DNA of 64,000 nucleotides, taken from Promethearchaeia archaeon. Its GTDB lineage: Archaea; Asgardarchaeota; Lokiarchaeia; Sigyniarchaeales; SOKP01. Position 1 is the stretch's first letter. Each line of letters opens with the position of its first letter. The stretch covers positions 1-64,000 of the forward strand of contig JAHQWK010000025.1 of NCBI GenBank assembly GCA_029856145.1, given 5' to 3'. Under the pieces are notes generated by a model. The model did no database searches. It saw only the letters and a list, made by a program, of their open reading frames with translations, and was not told the origin of the DNA. Shown one piece after another: positions 58,375 to 64,000 of this stretch. The position numbers and the translations under genes are program-made.

Positions 58375-59091
58375 ATGTCAGAAAAGAGAAAACAAGAAAT
58401 TCATAGGATTAAAGAACTTGAAAGTATCAATTTGGCTACAGAAGATATTAGAGAATTTGTGATAGAGACCAAAAAAGAAGTTGAAAAAGATAATGAGCTA
58501 TTAGCAAATCAGATAAACAATAAGCTCAAAAATAATGGTATAAAATCTATTGATATAGTTGGAGCGATAGGTGCTGGAAAAACAGCAATTTTAGAAAAAA
58601 TAGCGGAAAAAATATCAGAAAAATATAGAATCTTAGTCATCTGTGGTGATATTACTACTAGAGTTGATGCCGACAGAATAGAGAAACACAATGTCGATAC
58701 AGTTCAAATAAATACTGGTCGAGAATGTGCTTTGAACGCATATCACATTCATCAAGTTCTTAAGAGTAAAGACTTAAACGATTATGATTTAATTTTTGTG
58801 GAAAATGTTGGCAATCTCATTTGTCCTTCAGAGTTTAAACTAGGAACAGATAAAAGAATCACGGTTGTTTCGATTACTGAAGGTGAGTGGGTTATTGAGA
58901 AACATCCAATGCTCTTTAAAATGTCTGATATCGCTGTTATTAATAAAATTGATCTTTTAGAGAGATTGGGAACAAATCTTGATAAAATGGTAAAGGATGC
59001 TAAGAATTTTAACCCAAACATAGAAGTAATAACAATAAGTGCTAAAACTGGCAAAAATATTGATTTGTTAATTGAAGCCTTAGAGCTATAG
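58375..59091 (+). CDS. hypB: Hydrogenase nickel incorporation GTPase HypB
   Basis: GAIGAGKT, INTGRECAL, ENVGNLICP, SITEG, NKIDL. Confidence 0.9.
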   Translation: MSEKRKQEIHRIKELESINLATEDIREFVIETKKEVEKDNELLANQINNKLKNNGIKSIDIVGAIGAGKTAILEKIAEKISEKYRILVICGDITTRVDADRIEKHNVDTVQINTGRECALNAYHIHQVLKSKDLNDYDLIFVENVGNLICPSEFKLGTDKRITVVSITEGEWVIEKHPMLFKMSDIAVINKIDLLERLGTNLDKMVKDAKNFNPNIEVITISAKTGKNIDLLIEALEL

Positions 59092-59111
59092 AAATTTATT
59101 AGTGAGGAAAA

Positions 59112-59546
59112 ATGAAAAAAGAACTAAAAGAAATTGAGAAAACAATTAGTAGTTTAGAGCTAAATTCTCAAACTCAGATTCAAGAATTATTGAATATATT
59201 CTTAAAAACGCATCTTAAACGAAGTAAAATTGACAACTTTATAGGTGATTATCCAACATTTATAGAACCTGTGCATCTTGAAGAGAATGTTAAAATTGGA
59301 GATGACGTACTTCTAGGACCAAATGTATTTATTGGAAAGAATTCAGAAATAAAAAATTACGTAGAAATATCAAACTCAATTATTTTTGATAATGCTATTA
59401 TTGGTGAAAACATAAAGATGGATAATTGTATTATTGGAAAAAATAGTTCACTGAGTTGTAAAAATACTCCGATAGATAATTGTGTTGTAGTCGGAAATGT
59501 GAAAACTAAAGAAGACCTTTACAAGATTATGTATAAATTTAAGTAA
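59112..59546 (+). CDS. Left-handed beta-helix (hexapeptide repeat) protein
   Basis: IEPVHLEENVKIGDDVLLGPNVFIGKNSEI..SNSIIFDNAIIG. Confidence 0.75.
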   Translation: MKKELKEIEKTISSLELNSQTQIQELLNIFLKTHLKRSKIDNFIGDYPTFIEPVHLEENVKIGDDVLLGPNVFIGKNSEIKNYVEISNSIIFDNAIIGENIKMDNCIIGKNSSLSCKNTPIDNCVVVGNVKTKEDLYKIMYKFK

Positions 59547-59587
59547 TGTAATTTATTCTTGAATTTCTATTTTAAATTAAAATTAAT

Positions 59588-60412
59588 TTGGTTATAATTT
59601 TGAATGGGGATAAATATTTTGAGACAAATTTAAGAAGATGGAATGAACTTGTAGATATTAATGCTAAAGCCAAGTCATATGATTTAGAAGGATTTAAATC
59701 TGGAAATATATCCTTATTTCCCATAGAGCTTGAAGAATTAGGAGATGTCAAGGGGAAATCGTTATTACATCTACAATGTCATTTTGGAATGGATACACTC
59801 TCCTGGGCGAAATTGGGCGCTAAAGCAACAGGTATAGACTTTTCAGAGAAGGCGATTAACTTAGCAAAAAGTTTAAGTAGAGAACTTAATATTCCTGTGA
59901 GATTTATCAATGCAAATTTATACGATATTCCGAGTATATTAAATGAACAATTTGATATTGTATTTACTTCATATGGTACTATTTGTTGGTTACCAGATAT
60001 AGTTAAATGGGCTCAAATTATTAGCAATTGCTTAAAGACCGATGGAATTTTCTATATAATTGATGGACATCCTTTTGGTTTTATAATTGATGAAAATCAG
60101 GAGCCTTTTAAAGTAGGATTCAACTATTTTTCTGAGGGAACACCAGTATTTTTCGATGAGGGCGGTGCTTATGCAGATCCTTCGGCAGATCTAAAAAATC
60201 AAGCTTCATATCAATGGGACCATCCTATGAGCGATATAATAAATGCTATATTAAATGCAGATTTAGAGATAGATTTTCTTCATGAATTTCCATTTACATT
60301 TTTTAATATACACCCTGATATGAAAATAAGAGAAGATGGATATTGGGAATTCCAAAACTTAAAATTCTCTGTTCCAATGATGTTCTCAATCAAGGCACAT
60401 AAAAAAATTTAG
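59588..60412 (+). CDS. Class I SAM-dependent methyltransferase
   Basis: LLHLQCHFGMDTLS, GIDFS, FDIVFTSYGTICWLPD. Confidence 0.9.
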   Translation: MVIILNGDKYFETNLRRWNELVDINAKAKSYDLEGFKSGNISLFPIELEELGDVKGKSLLHLQCHFGMDTLSWAKLGAKATGIDFSEKAINLAKSLSRELNIPVRFINANLYDIPSILNEQFDIVFTSYGTICWLPDIVKWAQIISNCLKTDGIFYIIDGHPFGFIIDENQEPFKVGFNYFSEGTPVFFDEGGAYADPSADLKNQASYQWDHPMSDIINAILNADLEIDFLHEFPFTFFNIHPDMKIREDGYWEFQNLKFSVPMMFSIKAHKKI

Positions 60413-60458
60413 CAGAGAGCAAAATAAAAAAAGAAAAGGTGTAAAATTAATTATAGAT

Positions 60459-61421
60459 TTAAGGCCAAGAAATTGGCAGCGAAACAGTTAAATTGATGAA
60501 AATTAATGCGTATAACGTAGAAAAGGTAATTCTAAATAATAAATTAGCAGTTTCGGTCAATAATCCTTCTATATAAGCTGTATCAATACTTACGTTAATT
60601 TCTTGATTTAAAGTTTGTGTGAATGAATGAAATGTGTTTTGATATGGAACTGGAGAACCACCTATTTTCGTATCAAAAGGAAGTAAAACAGGATCACTTG
60701 ATGTTACTGTAACAATTTCAGCATTTAAAATTACATTATGAATAGCATATAATCCGTTGTTGGTTACATCAAAAGGTATCGTAATAATAAAGGAATCATC
60801 TCCATAGACTCCTGGAGTTCCTCCGTCATCATGGACAGGAGGGGGAAAAGTATCATGAAGATTTACTCTAAGATTTAACCCACTAAAAATTATACTTCCA
60901 AAATATCCTACGATTATTAGGCTAGCAATTATTCCTAGTACTTTAAAGATTGTGCTGACTTTAAACTCTTTTTTGACCGTAACTCGGTATTCTTTCTTTT
61001 TACGTAATTCAATAGCCTCTACTAAATACCGTATTCCTCTAATTATAGTTGCCCCTAAAAGTAACCACGCTATAACTTTTAAACCTAATAGAACCTGAAT
61101 ATAAGACATGTCAATATAGTACGTTCCTAAACTCGTTCCAGGATCAAAACCTCCAAATATGTAGAAAAGGAATATTCCAGAATATACAGTTATTCCAAAT
61201 AAAATAAGACGATTCGCAGGTGTATCTTCAGGGAATGCATGTCTTAACATTGAGATAACGATCCCAATAATTCCAAAAATAATAATGGCTATTCTATATG
61301 CGTCAGTAAAAGTCATTATACCGTACAGTTCAAGAAAATAAAACAAGACAAGAGGAACAACGAGATAAAAGATAGCAGAAAGAATTCCATGTAAAATTAT
61401 TTTTCCGTATTGAATTTCCAT
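60459..61421 (-). CDS. Membrane protein (about 5 TM plus extracellular beta domain)
   Basis: Hydrophobic N-terminal half, beta-rich C-terminal domain. Confidence 0.75.
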   Translation of the reverse strand: MEIQYGKIILHGILSAIFYLVVPLVLFYFLELYGIMTFTDAYRIAIIIFGIIGIVISMLRHAFPEDTPANRLILFGITVYSGIFLFYIFGGFDPGTSLGTYYIDMSYIQVLLGLKVIAWLLLGATIIRGIRYLVEAIELRKKKEYRVTVKKEFKVSTIFKVLGIIASLIIVGYFGSIIFSGLNLRVNLHDTFPPPVHDDGGTPGVYGDDSFIITIPFDVTNNGLYAIHNVILNAEIVTVTSSDPVLLPFDTKIGGSPVPYQNTFHSFTQTLNQEINVSIDTAYIEGLLTETANLLFRITFSTLYALIFINLTVSLPISWP

Positions 61422-61545
61422 AACTCTTTAACCCATTTAAAATTTGTATATTATAATTTAGATGAAATATTATCCTAAATATCTCCTAAGTCGTATATAA
61501 ATTTTCACACGATAGAGTTATTTTTTGTTAATTATTGTATTCTTA

Positions 61546-62094
61546 TCAATAATCTAAAAGATTAGTTTCAATATTCTCCCATCCGTAAGCTTTTTCAATA
61601 TATCTATTTCCTCCAATTTCAATAGATTGTTCACCGATATAATGTCCTCCCAATTTTTCATAAAATCTACAGTAGGGATTTTCTTTTAATACCCAAATAA
61701 TCATACTTCTTACATTATTCCTCATAAAATATATAACTACTAATTTTACTAATTCTGTCCCTATCTTTTTGCCTTGAAAGTCTTTTAAAACATAAATGGC
61801 ACATAGTTCTCCAACATATCTTTCTGGTTTGATTGAAGTTATGAATGGATTATATTTTTCTAGAGTTGCTAAAGAGAATCCTACAATTTCATGGAGATCA
61901 GTCATAGCAACATAAATTTTAGCGCCATGGGTTGGATTTTCTAATCTTTGTCTCCAATTTTCTTCTTTGTCTTTATAAGATAATGTTTGAAGATATTCTT
62001 CTGATATTATCCCTCTATATGTTGTTTTCCAAGTATCTACTTTGACTTTAACGATTCCGCTTAAATCTGAAAAAGTAGCTTCTCTATAGTTCAT
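61546..62094 (-). CDS. GNAT N-acetyltransferase
   Basis: AIYVLKDFQGKKIGTEL, WVLKENP..RFYEKLGG. Confidence 0.9.
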   Translation of the reverse strand: MNYREATFSDLSGIVKVKVDTWKTTYRGIISEEYLQTLSYKDKEENWRQRLENPTHGAKIYVAMTDLHEIVGFSLATLEKYNPFITSIKPERYVGELCAIYVLKDFQGKKIGTELVKLVVIYFMRNNVRSMIIWVLKENPYCRFYEKLGGHYIGEQSIEIGGNRYIEKAYGWENIETNLLDY

Positions 62095-62398
62095 TTATTC
62101 TACTCTAGATTATCTATGTTAATGAGTTAATATAAATTCGAAATATAATTTTGAGATGCTTGAAATCAGATCTCTGTTCCATTATCATTGTAAAAAAGGG
62201 GTATTAATTACTCAAACCACATTAATCATCATTTTCGAACATCTAATTAATATAAATATTTTGAATAAAGATAAAACTTTCATTAAAATTATATTTAAAA
62301 ATTAAAAAACAAAAAGCCTATTTGAATTAATAATACCTTATTTACATCCAAAAACAATAATAAAATTTGATAGGTGAAATATAATATTCGTCAAAATA

Positions 62399-62935
62399 GT
62401 GAAGCTATTTGAAATGAAGGTCGTATCTTTCCATTCTTGGGGTGAATTCATCGGGGATCCTGAGATTAAAACACTTCAAAAATTAGAAGAATGGATAATA
62501 AAAAGGAGTCTATCGATTGATCCTTCAAGACATCAAATATTTGGATTTGATAATCCAGTTCCACAAGGTAATGAGAAAGGAGAACAATTTGCTTCCAAAG
62601 AAAATCCTTATGGATATGAAGTATGGATTACTATCCCAGAAGATTATAAGATCGAAGAAGATCTAAAAATAAAGAAGGTTGAGTCAGGATTATATGCAGT
62701 TGTTTCTGTAAAAAGCGTTATGGATATAGGCTATGGTTGGAAAAACATATTCGATTGGATAAAGAACTGTGAAAAATATGATTTCCATCCAAAATGGAAA
62801 GGAATAACAAAATATTATGAAAAAGAAACGATTGAACATGGTAAAATTGGACTTGAACACCATATCAATTATCCTGAGAAAGAAATAGATAAAATGCTTA
62901 TGGAAATATATGCCCCAATAATTGAAAAAAAATAA
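62399..62935 (+). CDS. GyrI-like/effector-binding domain protein
   Basis: FGFDNP, YGYEVWITI, GLYAV, EIYAPI. Confidence 0.8.
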   Translation: MKLFEMKVVSFHSWGEFIGDPEIKTLQKLEEWIIKRSLSIDPSRHQIFGFDNPVPQGNEKGEQFASKENPYGYEVWITIPEDYKIEEDLKIKKVESGLYAVVSVKSVMDIGYGWKNIFDWIKNCEKYDFHPKWKGITKYYEKETIEHGKIGLEHHINYPEKEIDKMLMEIYAPIIEKK

Positions 62936-63146
62936 AGCTAAATATTGTGAAATGCTTGAAGATAGTCTTAGGATTACTATCTCCAAAATTAATTATTTCT
63001 TCGTGAAACCCGTCTTTCACGATTAATCATATCATGGAATTATTCTCACCATAAGATGTAGTGTTACCGAATTAAATCAAAATTTTTAAAAAGAACCTTT
63101 AAATTATAAAACTAAATATTAATTAAACATAAAGAAATCATAAAAT

Positions 63147-63752
63147 ATGCCACCATCTAAAAAAAAAGCAATATACATTATTGTACCAACCGTATGTTTA
63201 TATATCCTTGTTTTGGTTTTATTCCTCTTAACCCCATTTGGAACTGCCTATGACTTTTTTATAAGATTTGGTGCGTTATTTGGATTTACATCTATGTTTG
63301 TAGCAACTATGATGACTCCTTTTGCTGTTCAATTATACAAAATTTTTGGGAAACCATTTGTTAAAATACATCACATTTATTCAATTACAGGTTTATTATT
63401 AATTACTCTCCATCCAGTAGTTTTTGCAATTTCAGTGTTTGATATTACTGTTTTTATACCAGATTTTACTTCATGGATCGATTTTTGGCGGTTAGGGGGT
63501 CGTTTAGCCCTCATTTTGATCTATCTTGCAGTGATCGGAGCACTTTTAAGAAAGAAATTAACAAAATATTGGAGAATTCTTCACATTTTAAATTATGCTG
63601 CACTATTCTTAGCTTACGTTCATGGAGTGCTTATAGGAACAGATTTCCAAAATATAGGGATTTTAATTATCTTTTCATGCATGATAATCGTTAGTTTTGG
63701 CATTCTAGCATTCAAAAGATATATCAGTTTTAAAAGGAAGAAAAAGGATTAA
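63147..63752 (+). CDS. Ferric reductase-like transmembrane (heme b) domain protein
   Basis: KIHHIYS..LHP, WRILHILNY..VHGVLIGTD. Confidence 0.8.
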   Translation: MPPSKKKAIYIIVPTVCLYILVLVLFLLTPFGTAYDFFIRFGALFGFTSMFVATMMTPFAVQLYKIFGKPFVKIHHIYSITGLLLITLHPVVFAISVFDITVFIPDFTSWIDFWRLGGRLALILIYLAVIGALLRKKLTKYWRILHILNYAALFLAYVHGVLIGTDFQNIGILIIFSCMIIVSFGILAFKRYISFKRKKKD

Positions 63753-63791
63753 AGATTTTGAAATTTATTTTTTTTTTAAGTTGATGAGAAA

Positions 63792-63998
63792 TTATTCACC
63801 CGTAGTTACTTTTCCTTGAAAAGAGGAAAACTGATTAAATATGGATTTAGCATCGCCTTCAATTTTAGCAAAAACGTTCACGGGACTTGCAGCAACAGGT
63901 TTATTGCCAGAACTCGCGGGAGTTGGACCCCATAAAATACAGAATCCTTGACCACTAATCCAATAACCGACATCTCCACTATCGCATTCCGTCTGAGA
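63792..63998 (-). CDS. Cyclophilin-like fold protein (TM1367/DUF369-type), 5'-truncated by the window edge
   Basis: Manual translation ..GDVGYWISGQGFCILWGPTPASSGNKPVAASPVNVFAKIEG..TGE*. Confidence 0.8.
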   Translation of the reverse strand, partial: SQTECDSGDVGYWISGQGFCILWGPTPASSGNKPVAASPVNVFAKIEGDAKSIFNQFSSFQGKVTTGE

Positions 63999-64000
63999 GT

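Noticed and set aside
62960-63075. Consecutive hairpins (AGATAGT/ACTATCT, TCGTGAAA/TTTCACGA) as an ncRNA
   Set aside because: No recognised RNA family; the minus strand could equally be a decayed beta-propeller repeat (GNTTSYGENNSMI*LIV); unresolved.
2156-63694. Short ORFs nested in or antisense to long genes (e.g. 2156-2386, 4590-4976, 26599-26988, 44336-44575, 62690-62986)
   Set aside because: They overlap well-supported genes and have no motifs; treated as spurious.
1-64000. tRNA, rRNA, IS elements or an intact integrase
   Set aside because: No GC-rich structured RNA, terminal inverted repeats with a transposase, or full recombinase motif set was seen by eye; tRNAscan-SE and ISEScan were not run.

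Overview
AT-rich archaeal chromosomal window. It is most likely Asgard/Lokiarchaeia, inferred from TATA/BRE promoters, oligo-T terminators and a 'FWAHCSNLQAW' domain ORF. I saw no rRNA, tRNA, CRISPR array or intact transposase/integrase. The core content is amino-acid fermentation and carbon metabolism. It includes an ATP-citrate lyase (aclBA)-icd operon and a dispersed arginine synthetase route (arcE-like, OTC, carbamate kinase, ornithine aminotransferase, proline-dehydrogenase-like pair). It also includes a lysine fermentation cluster of the Kat type (kat-kce-kdd / kamA-kamB-kamD-kamE), two AORs, an Fe-ADH, SDRs and hypB. The most striking unexplained structure is in the intergenic DNA: accessory blocks are bracketed by short, diverged copies of housekeeping-gene ends that the ORF track misses. 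These are an icd 3' end (14754-14939, closing a ~9 kb block), a carbamate kinase 5' end (30127-30261, opening a ~3 kb block and fused to a possible tyrosine-recombinase tail), two trpG/pabA-like 3' ends flanking a vapBC module, and sucD and flavodoxin stubs. Together they suggest repeated gene-targeted, gene-restoring DNA acquisition (inference). Also noted: a missed 57-aa tandem desulforedoxin-like protein, an EamA-Lrp/AsnC fusion, an AOR with an in-frame TAA, a TetR gene with an apparent ATT start and triple operator, and a DUF285 protein with ten near-identical 75-bp repeats. All family calls come from motif recognition and were not database-checked.
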